Shown piece after piece: positions 38,246-51,200 of a stretch of 64,000 bases of DNA. A program made the translations under genes and the position numbers. The first letter of the stretch is position 1, and each line of letters begins with the position of its first letter. The DNA comes from Stylophora pistillata (Eukaryota), in NCBI RefSeq assembly GCF_002571385.2, contig NW_019218211.1:159654-223653 (forward strand), given 5' to 3'. A model generated the notes under the pieces. It ran no database searches, was not told the DNA's origin, and saw only the letters and a program-made list of their open reading frames with translations.

Positions 38246-38417
38246 CGCTATTTATGCAATAGCGAAAATCAGACCTGAAAAAAATCAGGCCTGTACGGGA
38301 TTCGAACCACTGACCTCTGCGATACTAGGCGCAGCGCTCTACCAATTGAGCTAACAAGCCATTGCCGTGCAGGCCTGATTTTTTTTAGGTCTGATTTTCG
38401 CTATTGCATAAATAGCG
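38246..38417. mobile_element. Foldback element: 53-bp inverted arms enclosing a tRNA-like core (minus strand)
   Basis: Arms at 38246-38298 and 38365-38417; the core read on the minus strand is ggcttgttagctcaattggtagagcgctgcgcctagtatcgcagaggtcagtggttcgaatcccgtacaggcc (A and B boxes). Confidence 0.75.
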
Positions 38418-38694
38418 TTATCTACTGCGAAGGATCGTGCATCATACGTATTTAATACCGCAGTTCAAAATATATGAACTTCATATATTCATTGTAACCA
38501 AACTGGATGTTACTTTGTTAGCAATTGTGCGGTTATACATAACTTGGCGTCAACACGCGAAATATGCTTAATTCATTTGTAACAGTAACGAAACGCATCT
38601 TAAGTTTAGTGCCAACAGTAACAAACCCTTTCTTACTGAAGACGTGATCAGGAGAAACGAGCTCTTCTGTAAATTCGAACTCTCTGGATAAAAT

Positions 38695-38837
38695 GTTTGC
38701 GTTTGTTTGGTTTCGTTTTGTTTGGTTTCGTTTTGTTGGTTTCGTTTTGTTTGGTTTCGTTTTGTTGGTTTCGTTTTGTTTGGTTTCGTTTTGTTGGTTT
38801 CGTTTCGTTTGGTTTCGTTTCGTTTGGTTTCGTTTCG
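38695..38837. repeat. (TTTCG/TTTTG/TTTGG)n pentamer-based simple repeat
   Basis: Read directly; it accounts for the repetitive ORFs at 38533-39009. Confidence 0.9.
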
Positions 38838-39289
38838 CAAAGTACAGCAAGCCTTTCTTGATAGGTTCTTGTCTTTGCCTTCGCCCAGATCAGACGGAAT
38901 TACGGAAGTTGAAAAAATATCGAATTCATACGGTCTAACCTGTGCTGTGGAAGTGATGGGAAGGGGGTGGGGAGGGATGAGGAAAACAAATGGAACAGGG
39001 CAGAGGTGAGATAAGAGAGGCTGTAGAAATCGGCGGAGCGTTTTTTCACAGAGTTCGGTTTTTTTCTTTAAGTTGTGATTGCTTTAAATTTGTAGTTTCA
39101 CGGATAAAATCGCTGGAAATTGTTTAAACGAGGGAGGCGATACATTCCGCTAATTTGATGGTCAGGATTCACTGGAAATCTTGAATTTGGAAAGAAGCAC
39201 ATGACGAAATTTGCGTCTAATGAACAGTGTGAGTCAAAGAAGATGTGGACAATTCAGAAGGCCAGGCTACATTTTTTATCTAAACAAAG

Positions 39290-42200
39290 ATGGCGGCCGC
39301 TAGCGAGTTTCCAACAGAACTTTCTACCCATCCTTTGGGTCTCATAGCTCTTATGGGACTTGATGTTAGTCAGAAACCTTTGCACAAAGCTATCTGGGAG
39401 TCTTTTTCTGTGAACAGGCATCCTGAGAGAGTTCCATTATCTTTTCGACTTCTGCCCATTGATCACGAATTTCCCAAAGCAAAATCAAAGGTGAGCTAAA
39501 CCATATATTTCTGTTAAGTTTAATTGCCCTTAAATCCCTTGATTACGTTAAATCCTTATTTTTGACGTCTACCGTGTTGGCATGCATGCTTTGAAGAACG
39601 AGGCAGAACACAAAAGGATGCGACTGGACGAGACGTAAATAAGTGGCCTTGTATTATATTCTTAAAGTTTTACCTGTCTTCCTTGTTTACATTTAACTTC
39701 TTCCAATAGGGTGGAAGCTCTCTTGAAGCATTCTCTTGTTGGCAGACTGCCCTATCGAGGTCGCTTTAATTAGCTTCACTAAAACGACATTGAACTCCCA
39801 GAAGAAAGTTCTCCAGTTGATGCATCAGAAAAAAAATTGCCAATGAATGTATATCTCAAATCCGTTATGCTCTTGGGTTTTATTTTTTAACAAAGCACTT
39901 GTTTGTTCCTAACAAAACATTTCAACATTTTTCATGATGGTCAGATAATGTTGCAGTATGTGGGGCCCCTGTCATTGAAAATCCTTTCAGATATATGTAG
40001 TAGTGAAAGATCTCATAGAGTAACAGTAGACCACTGGTAGTTAGCTTTTCCAAAACCTCTGCCTACTCAAGTATATGCCAGCTTTTTGTTACAGAGTCTT
40101 CCTCTCTTATAGCGTTCTACCTACGAGTGGTACTTGCCAAAGGGTATCTTAAAGACAAAGTGGATGTACAAACATCTTTATCTCTCCCCTGCCGTGGTGG
40201 TGATGTTTTATGAGTTGGATTGGGATGATGCTCAGTGGAAAGACAGGCAAACTGAATGTGCTTCAAAACTAGAAAGAGTCAGGTAATAATTAGAGAATGA
40301 GTATGATATCTTACTCCTCTACAATAGTGAATTTCACCCCTTTAACTTCCATGATCTCATTAACATTCTCCCAACTGCTTTCTATACAATTCTTATGATC
40401 TTAGTTCAGAGAATTTGGTAGTGGATCAAATAATAATTCCCCTGATATATACTTTTCTATATTCCCTTGTCTGTTTAAAATTGTATTAATATTATATTAA
40501 GAAATTCTGTCTTGGTCACTCATGGAAGTTAAAGGGTTAATCATGGTTAATGACATGGCTGAAAATTGTTAAATAAATGTGACAAGCGTGGTTTGATTAT
40601 TAGATAAGAAGGGTGCACTGTATATGCTGCAGACACTCTGGAAAACCCCTTATCTGCCAAGCTACAATCCGATACAAGTTATAATAGAGCATAACAAAAT
40701 TCCAGCACAGCCACTTTCATACTTATCAGTTCATCAAGTGCTTAAAGAATATTTATTTAATCACTTTCACCAGAGTATGGTGAGGGTCGCACAACAGAGC
40801 GAGGCTCTAAGATCTAACCATTTCTTGATGTTATAGAAAGACAGCAAATTCTCCTCAATTATTTTAAGACCCTGAGTGTTGGTCTGGCCGGGACTCGAAC
40901 CCTCGATCTCCCGCACAACAGTCCATGTTCTATTTATTGAGCTAACTAAGAGGCGGTTGAATCATAGAATAGACCTTGTACAGTTCATATGAATAACTCT
41001 GGATTTTATAACTTCAATCCTGCACATTAAACCATATAAAGCAATCTGTTAATATCTGAGCAGGACCAACCTCCAAGACCAGAACACCAAGGTTGCTGTG
41101 GTTCTTATCCAAAAAAATGCTCCCCTTCCTCCAGGTAAAGATTAATTATGATCATTGGCAATGAGAACTGTTTTATACATAAATGCATATGTATTGATAA
41201 GATGTTGTCATTCAGTGAATGACAGACATACATGGAAAAAAATAATTTTAACTGCACCCAGCAGTAGTCAAATTCACCACCTTCTGATAAGTGTTCATCA
41301 CTCTACTACCGGACTGAGCGATAAAAAACTTGTGACAACTCAGAAGATCATAGGTTTAACTCCTATACAGTTTATATTACTAGGAGTTCCTTTTCTACAA
41401 GTGTTTTCCTTTAATTTTCTGAAAGTTGCATTACAATCTCATACATTGTATCTGCACCTACGGTATCTATCTGTTTTTACTTCTGTCTCTGTTCTTCCTC
41501 TGTGCCTCTGTGCCTCTGTGCCTCTGTGCCTCTGTGTCTCTGTGCCTCTGTGCCTCTGTGCCTCTGTGCCTCTGTGCCTCTGTGCCTCTGCGCCTCTGCG
41601 CCTCTGCGCCTCTGTGCCTCTGTGCCTCTGTGCCTCTGTGCCTCTGTGCCTCTGTGCCTCTGTGCCTCCCTACAACTGAACTACTCCCTAACTGTGGTGA
41701 TCATGTTATTTATGCTAGTAACAAGCAACTGCAAGGTAAATCTTAAAAATCCGCCAGAAGAGAAATATATATCATTTATTGGATCAGGCATTCCTTTGGG
41801 TAAAAAACTGTGTCTGAAGTCTTGAGTATTAAGCAAGACTTCAGTCCATAATCAAATCAAGTGAGAGTTTTTTCCCAATATGGACTGACCTAGACAACTA
41901 AATAACTCCTTTGTTTATATATTATTTATTTGCGGGTTTGTTTGTTTATGTTTTTTTGCTTTGCAACAAATATCATAGAAAAAATTTTTAACCATATTTT
42001 AACAAGCTGGACCAGTTAATGCCCTTCAATAAACAAATCAGAAAATATATTTTACTTTATTTATTTCTATACCAAGAGGTTTTGAGTTACTGTACCTTTC
42101 ATGAAGGAAATTCTTGCTTTCTTTATACATCACAGGTGATGATTTACAAGCACTAGAAAGAGCAGCAACACTGTGCAGTGCATGTGACCTATCAGCCAAA

Positions 42201-45200
42201 TCATTGTTTGTCCTTCCACATACAGATCACTTGATTGGCTACACAATCAGGTATCTGTACAAAATTGATTATTTTAGATTAATTTTCATGAGATTGGTTT
42301 TCATTGGCTATGCAACAAGCCCAACTTTTGTCAAATATGGGAAAAGATATTAATATTTGGTGAGAGTTTTATATTTTTGTTAGACTAGTGTATTTAGTTT
42401 AGCCACACAAGAAAAATAACAAAACAGGACACAATTAAGACTAGTTTTTAGTTAGAAGTATAAGGAAAAAGTAACAGTGAGGCTGAAAGAAATTGGAAAA
42501 TTTATGCATGAGTTAATAAGTTTGCAGGAAATCAGAGGTTACCAATGATTGTTAATTTAATTTAATTTAATTTAATAACTTCTAGAGCGCTATTTTCATT
42601 CAATGATCAACAGCGCTTAACAACTTAGAATACTACAGTAAATTCAAATTTATAAAACTAATTACATGTACATTAATATTGACAATGTATGTTGAAAATA
42701 AGAATAATATGGAATGTCCATAACAAGGATCTTAATTAGGAATAAGGATCTTAATAAGGAACTTAATTAGTAATACTAATAAAAGTAATTGTCAGACAGG
42801 GTACTTTGAGAAAGCTGCACGAAATAAATAAGTTTTCAGCTTACATTTAAAAGTGGAAAATGATTGAATATCACGTAGTTCAGCTGGCAGAGCATTCCAT
42901 TCCATTTAACAAATCAACAGTGGTTTGGTGTGGTCTATACTTTTATCAACAACAACATTCCTCATCACGGTGGTCAAAATGTTTTGGAGCCAGGTGAGTC
43001 CACAAAAAATTCTGATCACTCTGATGACAAATATCATTGTTGATAAGAGTACAGACCATGCTTAACCACTGTTCAATTTGTTTTTTACCACAATCATTAT
43101 ATCAACCTCAAATAAAATGATTCTTTCAGTACATGACATGCTGCATGACTCGTTGACATTAGCAGTGTTGTCCATACTCTTATTAATAACAATGGCGAGT
43201 TGGCCAATTAGATTGTGACATTACTGCTAATTGTGGTAAAAAGTCATATGCATTTCTCAAGGCTTTCCTAAGCGAGTGAACATCCTCTCTATTGGTTTGG
43301 GTTTTGGTCTGATTAAATGATCTTGCTAAAATTTAATATCTTATTCAGTCATTGGAGATAAAATTCATACAGCTTATAAAATAAAAAGGGTTGAAGTGTG
43401 AAACTTATGAGATGAATATTCTCTTTCTTTTCTTTTGTTGTAAGCCTGGAGAATGCTTTTTATGATTTAGCACAGAGTTATTACCATGGAGAATGTAGGA
43501 GAGTTAAAGCTCACAAGGTGAGATTGGAATCCTAACAATGTTGGAGAAAGGGAAGAAGGAGCAGGAGGGGCCAAAAAGCCCTTAATTACTTCATGCTGCA
43601 GAAAAATTGGGAGCTGCAGTAGCAAACATAATAAACTGTGTCTTCTGTTGAGTGGTCGTGGTCTAAAGTTTATTTTCAATTGTCACTGTTTACATTGTCT
43701 TGTAAATGTAGATGGATGAAACAGATTGAAGATGATGCCACAGTTTCTGAGGGTCTTGCATTAAATTTTCAATAAGTCACTTAAGAGGGGAAAAGATAGC
43801 TCTCTGGTTTTCATTTTGGACTCTTTGATTAAACTGCCTTTAGTACAACTTAAAACCAGGTTTAAAGCAATTGGGTTTTTTGGTAGGACACTTCCCCTAC
43901 TAAGTAACTTTCTCTCCTTGGATCAAGGACAGAAAAGTAGGAGTAGATATTCTCTGCCTAGTAGAAAAGAGTGCCAAACTTCTGGGTCATATACATGCTT
44001 GAAGCAGTCTTGCCTGGTAGTGCATTGCAATGTTTCTACATAATACCTTTTGGTGACCAGAATTAGCAACAAAATAAGTTTATGTAGTAGCAGAAAGGAG
44101 TGGTAAAGTTTTATCAATGTTAGGAATGAAGTGACACTTAATGTTTCCATTCCCTTTATGATCATAGGAATTTCTTAACAAAGGAACTCATCAGGTGAGA
44201 ACTTCATGTAGCTAAAACTATTATTTTATGCCAAAATTTAAAGTGATGGATAATCTGCTCAAACTGTGGAAGTACCGGTACATTCATTTGAAGGCTGAGG
44301 GAAAGAATTGGCTAGAATTATAAACAGAAAAGTGTTTTAATATCAGCTTTGTGGCAGTGGTGGTGGTGTGTTTAGGAAGCAGGGTTCATGTAATTCCTCT
44401 CCTTAAGAGTTGCCTTGAAGTGTTTCTCTGTTGATGTCTGTTTTGTGCCCACCGAAAACATTCCTAGACACATTTCTATCTGCACATGGCCACAATTCAT
44501 AGGTGTCTTCTTTTGCTTCTCTACTGTTGTCCTAGCTGTTGTTAGTACGACACCAATTCAAGGTTGCCTTCTTCAATGAGCTAAGACAGGACCCTCACTC
44601 TGCTATCAAGTAAGTTTGTCTGCATTTATTTTTTTATTGATCTTGCAGTGACAACAATAAGTTTGCCAAAAGGCAGACCAAAATGTTTACCCCTTTTTTT
44701 CAGATAAGGGGTCAGGAAGGAAAAGGAACTTTCAAGGCTGTTAGCCTAACTTAGTGTTAAATGGTTAATGGAAAAAAATTTAAAAGAAAAGAAAAAAACA
44801 AAACAAAATAGAAATGAAAAATTGAAAAAAAAGGACACACTGTGTAAATTTTACACAACATACTGTGCAGCAGACCACACTGTTTGTCGCGGAAATATGA
44901 GTAGCATGAGCCAGTACTTGTTGTAGGATGTTCATGAGATGTCCCAAGGTTTAAGAGTTAGAACAATGGGGGAGAAGGAACAAAATTTTTTAAAAGAAAA
45001 TGATGGAGTATTTTGTAGTTTTGCATCTCTCACTTTAAATTTAGACCACCCACAGTGAAGAAGAAAGGTTGTTCTACCTTGCCACATGACAGCCACAACA
45101 CAGTTTACCAAAATTGGCAACTCCTGCTTCAAATTTCTTCCCCAAAAATTTTCAATCTTCTTGCCTTGGGGACATTACACCTTTAACTCCCAATTTAATT

Positions 45201-48200
45201 ACATTATTAAACAGTTACTAGACATCAACTGATTGATGTAAGACATTGTTCATTTTAACCTCAGGCACTACAGGCAGGCTTACAGTCTTCTCGGAGAAAT
45301 CAAGACAATGGATATGAATATGCTAGAGATCAAAGTTGTTGCAGGATTTATTAATTACAAGGTTTGTTTTTTACACATTTTAGAACTCTAGATAGTATAT
45401 TTAACAAATTGAAAGTGACAATGATATTCATGATCACAGTGGTCATTTTTTATCAATCATCTGACAGATTTGTCGTCTAAGTTTCCAAGCTTCAGCTCCA
45501 TTAGATGCCATATCTCAATTCAGAAGGCATGTGGATTTGTTCAAGGAAAAGGTTGGCTGCCCTGACTTAGCCTTTGAACACTCAGCCTGGCTCTCTAAAC
45601 AGTGAGTACTTTTTCACTTAGCGCATAGCCACCTTAAACCATAGACCCTTTGCTTAAGTCTCCTTGCTCTTGACTAGTGGGTCAATTTGTTATTTTCCTA
45701 TAAGCTTACACATGTACAGCTATAAAATCTAGGGGGANNNNNNNNNNNGGGTACACAGGGTACACAGGGTACACACGGGTACACAGGGTACACAGGGTAC
45801 ACAGGGAGAATGGGTAACAGGGAGTCTATATGGAGACTGGGTAACAGGGAGTCTATATGGAGACTGCCATGAATTACTTGCCAAACTATGGAAGTACCGG
45901 TACATTCATTTGAAGGCTGAGGGAAAGAATTGGCTAGAATTATAAACAGAAAAAGTGTTTTAATATCAGCTTTGTGGCAGTGGTGGTGGTGTGTTTAGGA
46001 AGCAGGGTTCATGTAATTCCTCTCCTTAAGAGTTGCCTTGAAGTGTTTCTCTGTTGATGTCTGTTTTGTGCCCACCGAAAACATTCCTAGACACATTTCT
46101 ATCTGCACATGGCCACAATTCATAGGTGTCTTCTTTTGCTTCTCTACTGTTGTCCTAGCTGTTGTTAGTACGACACCAATTCAAGGTTGCCTTCTTCAAT
46201 GAGCTAAGACAGGACCCTCACTCTGCTATCAAGTAAGTTTGTCTGCATTTATTTTTTTATTGATCTTGCAGTGACAACAATAAGTTTGCCAAAAGGCAGA
46301 CCAAAATGTTTACCCCTTTTTTTCAGATAAGGGGTCAGGAAGGAAAAGGAACTTTCAAGGCTGTTAGCCTAACTTAGTGTTAAATGGTTAATGGAAAAAA
46401 ATTTAAAAGAAAAGAAAAAAACAAAACAAAATAGAAATGAAAAATTGAAAAAAAAGGACACACTGTGTAAATTTTACACAACATACTGTGCAGCAGACCA
46501 CACTGTTTGTCGCGGAAATATGAGTAGCATGAGCCAGTACTTGTTGTAGGATGTTCATGAGATGTCCCAAGGTTTAAGAGTTAGAACAATGGGGGAGAAG
46601 GAACAAAATTTTTTAAAAGAAAATGATGGAGTATTTTGTAGTTTTGCATCTCTCACTTTAAATTTAGACCACCCACAGTGAAGAAGAAAGGTTGTTCTAC
46701 CTTGCCACATGACAGCCACAACACAGTTTACCAAAATTGGCAACTCCTGCTTCAAATTTCTTCCCCAAAAATTTTCAATCTTCTTGCCTTGGGGACATTA
46801 CACCTTTAACTCCCAATTTAATTACATTATTAAACAGTTACTAGACATCAACTGATTGATGTAAGACATTGTTCATTTTAACCTCAGGCACTACAGGCAG
46901 GCTTACAGTCTTCTCGGAGAAATCAAGACAATGGATATGAATATGCTAGAGATCAAAGTTGTTGCAGGATTTATTAATTACAAGGTTTGTTTTTTACACA
47001 TTTTAGAACTCTAGATAGTATATTTAACAAATTGAAAGTGACAATGATATTCATGATCACAGTGGTCATTTTTTATCAATCATCTGACAGATTTGTCGTC
47101 TAAGTTTCCAAGCTTCAGCTCCATTAGATGCCATATCTCAATTCAGAAGGCATGTGGATTTGTTCAAGGAAAAGGTTGGCTGCCCTGACTTAGCCTTTGA
47201 ACACTCAGCCTGGCTCTCTAAACAGTGAGTACTTTTTCACTTAGCGCATAGCCACCTTAAACCATAGACCCTTTGCTTAAGTCTCCTTGCTCTTGACTAG
47301 TGGGTCAATTTGTTATTTTCCTATAAGCTTACACATGTACAGCTATAAAATCTAGGGGGAGGGGGGAGGGTGTTAATCTGCCTTTCCTTTAAATCCAGAG
47401 GGAAGGGGGAAGGTGTTAATCTGTCTTTCCTGTAAATCCAGGGGGAAGGGGAGGGTGTTCATCTGCCTTTCCTGTAAATCCAGGGGGAGGGGGAGGGGTG
47501 TTCATCTGCCTTTCCTGTAAATCCAGGGGGAGGGGGAAGGGTGTTAATCTGCCTTTCCTGTAAATCCAGGGAAGAGAGGAGGGTGTTAATCTGCCTTTCC
47601 TGTAAATACATGTAGAATCAAATCCTGGGAGATAACCTGTAGTTTCTTCATACTATGGAGACTTAATGACAAGCTTTGATGTGGTGGGGCCTATTTGATT
47701 TGTGTTCAAGAAATTTTTTCACTTTAAAGAAACCAAATCTGTGACCAGGATCTAGCATCCTCTAGTTTTTTGATAACATTAGGTAAAGTTTGAATGAAAG
47801 TTTTGACCTTACTGTTCAACTTAATGGAGCTGAAGTGATGAAAAATAGATTTTCAAGGATTCTTTTTAGTCAGTTCAATGTTGAATTCCCAGTTATCAAA
47901 TTTATTTAGTGCAATATGCAATATGGTAGAGAACCACAGAGGCTTAATTATTAACAAGCTATGTAAATACAGGTTCAGTTTATTTGGAGAACTGTTTGAT
48001 GAAGCCATCAGGAATGGGTTGACTGCCCTACAGGTAATAATGTAGACGATCTGTGTATGCATGAATGAAATATGTATTCATTAAACCCCAAACAACAATA
48101 CATATATCACAAAAAATGGAGATCATAATTTAAATTCTCACAAATTTTGGCAAGTGTTCTGATGGTACATGTAGATGATGTCATGTGTAAACACTAACAG

Positions 48201-51200
48201 AAATTCTGCATGAGCATTCCCTTATCCCTCACTGGTGGGTTGGCCTCTAAGTCAATCGGTATATTGACACAACACAGCATTTGCTTTGAGTATTGTTATT
48301 TAGAATTGAAAATCATCTCCCATTATCCTATATTGCTAATGATAATTATATGTGATCTGAAAGAATTTGCAAGGGAGTGATTTTCTGTTTTGATGATAAT
48401 TTTTTGTCACCTCTTGCCTATCTTGATGATCTTTCCTCCTGACTGATTAAATTTGATCATAAACTGAAAGAGGCAAGTAATATATAGGGTTGATGTAGAT
48501 GTACCCAAAAAAGTTGTTAAATCTTGATTAGTGACTGATTAGAGTGTTTGAATCAGCCGTAGTCTCGCATTCTGGTTAAGGCTAACCTGCTATTTAATTA
48601 CAGACTCAACACCCAGGGTTTTACTACCAACAAGCAGCGAACAATGCCATTGTCAGGAGACAGCTTTGCCAGGGCTTATGTCATGTAAGTGAAATTGTCA
48701 TGTCTGAGGATTGCTGAGAAAGTTCTGAAGGAACAGCAATTTTAAAACAAACATTACGTTTTTCCTTTTTTGTTGAAAGTTATTAGTCAAGCTTATGTTG
48801 AAGATTAGAACTATCAATAAATTTTGAAGTGCAATTTATTTGCCAAGGATTTTCCACTCTGTAGGTTGGGCTACATGTACATGTGTGGAAAATCCTGGAA
48901 AAGAGTGACTGACTGTAGAGGCGAAATCTCCTTGGGAGAGTTATCAAAAACATATCCTATGATCCAAATGTATTACAAAAGACCTTGTTTTTACCAATTC
49001 AGGCATGTACACCAAACCCCCCTCCACCCCTCCCAGCAGTATTGGTAAAACCAAACAGTGGTCACCTCTTGGTAAAGTTTAAAAAGAGCACAAAATTCAA
49101 CATTGTTAAGGGGAGAGGCTAAAAAGGTTTCACTTGGTAATATTGTGTTAAGTGCCTTACTTCAACCCTCCCTTGTAGTCTGGGTAAGGTTGAATGTAAA
49201 CCAGTGGTAGGAAAGGGTCATAGAGTCGCTTCAGAATAAACCCAACCAATAATTGATCTAGCACCACCCAACAAGGTCATTTGTTATCTGACAGTAATTA
49301 AATTCTATTGTTCACCCAGTTTGATGAGTTACTTTCTGATTAACACATTTGTATCTATTTTTGATTCATGTCTAGAGCACCACTCCACTTAATATGAATC
49401 CCTTAGAAAATGCTGGAAATCTTGACTTCTATGGTCATAGACCTTGGAGGCAAGGGTTTCAAGGTAACTGAAAAAGTTCTTGTCTGGTGAAGTGCTTTAT
49501 AGAGTAAACACCCAAGCTGTTAAACTTTAACATTCATGAGTGACCAAGACAGACTTCCTTCTTACAATTATCAATTACCACCAGACAATTGAGGGGAACT
49601 GGGCATGAGGGAAGTATCAATTGGGGGATGATTAGTTAATCTGTTACCAATTTCTCAGAACTAACAGCATAAGAATTATATTGTATGGCAGACAACAAAG
49701 AGAATTACTAATGAGATCTAGGGAGTGAAGGGGTGTAGAAAATCAGAGTTACCTTCTTTTCAAATCACATTTTCAATGAAAAGCCTCCTTTTCATTCCAT
49801 CATATAAGAGAAAACATTTTATGTATTAAAAAACTGTGGGAAAAAGTTTTCTTAAACTTTGGCAATCTTATGTAAAACTTGATGTGTAGAGATGCATTCC
49901 TATCATTTGTAGAACCAGTGGTTTAATCCTTTCAGTCCCAAGTTCTCATGACTAATTCTCTTTACTGTCTACTTTATAATTCTTGTGATGATTGTTAGTT
50001 GGGAGGATTTGGTACTGGATCAACTAATATATATATCTTATTAACCAAGCGCGAGGGCCCATNNNNNNNNNNNNNNNNNNNNNNNNNNNNNNNNNNNNNN
50101 NNNNNNNNNNNNNNNNNNNNNNNNNNNNNNNNNNNNNNNNNNNNNNNNNNNNNNNNNNNNNNNNNNNNNNNNNNNNNNNNNNNNNNNNNNNNNNNNNNNN
50201 NNNNNNNNNNNNNNNNNNNNNNNNNNNNNNNNNNNNNNNNNNNNNNNNNNNNNNNNNNNNNNNNNNNNNNNNNNNNNNNNNNNNNNNNNNNNNNNNNNNN
50301 NNNNNNNNNNNNNNNNNNNNNNNNNNNNNNNNNNNNNNNNNNNNNNNNNNNNNNNNNNNNNNNNNNNNNNNNNNNNNNNNNNNNNNNNNNNNNNNNNNNN
50401 NNNNNNNNNNNNNNNNNNNNNNNNNNNNNNNNNNNNNNNNNNNNNNNNNNNNNNNNNNNNNNNNNNNNNNNNNNNNNNNNNNNNNNNNNNNNNNNNNNNN
50501 NNNNNTAGAAAAGGCTGGAATTATAGCCTTACAATCTCAAGAAATACAGGTGGACCATTCAGTAAGTGCACTCTAGTGTTAGAAAAGGCTGGAATTATAG
50601 CCTTACAATCTCAAGAAATACAGGTGGACCATTCAGTAAGTGCACTCTAGTGTTAGAAAAGGCTGGAATTATAGCCTTACAATCTCAAGAAATACAGGTG
50701 GACCATTCAGTAAGTGCACTCTAGTGTTAGAAAAGGCTGGAATTATAGCCTTACAATCTCAAGAAATACAGGTGGACCATTCAGTAAGTGCACTCTAGTG
50801 TTAGAAAAGGCTGGAATTATAGCCTTACAATCTCAAGAAATACAGGTGGACCATTCAGTAAGTGCACTCTAGTGTTAGAAAAGGCTGGAATTATAGCCTT
50901 ACAATCTCAAGAAATACAGGTGGACCATTCAGTAAGTGCACTCTAGTGTTAGAAAAGGCTGGAATTATAGCCTTACAATCTCAAGAAATACAGGTGGACC
51001 ATTCAGTAAGTGCACTCTAGTGTTAGAAAAGGCTGGAATTATAGCCTTACAATCTCAAGAAATACAGGTGGACCATTCAGTAAGTGCACTCTAGTGTTAG
51101 AAAAGGCTGGAATTATAGCCTTACAATCTCAAGAAATACAGGTGGACCATTCAGTAAGTGCACTCTAGTGTTTGGAAGATCCTGGCCCATGAAATGTGGG

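Noticed and set aside
38288-38360. Functional tRNA gene
   Set aside because: 8-nt anticodon loop and embedded in a repeat with long inverted arms; treated as an element-derived pseudo-tRNA.
38533-39009. Repetitive ORFs (KRNQT / FVWFR)
   Set aside because: Translations of a simple repeat.
41155-41825. Cys-rich ORFs (LCLCASVP)n
   Set aside because: Translations of the 8-bp intronic tandem repeat in all frames.
50506-51171. CRISPR-like regular array
   Set aside because: The units are fully identical with no unique spacers, no cas genes are present, the context is eukaryotic, and the unit is TRAPPC11 exon/intron sequence.
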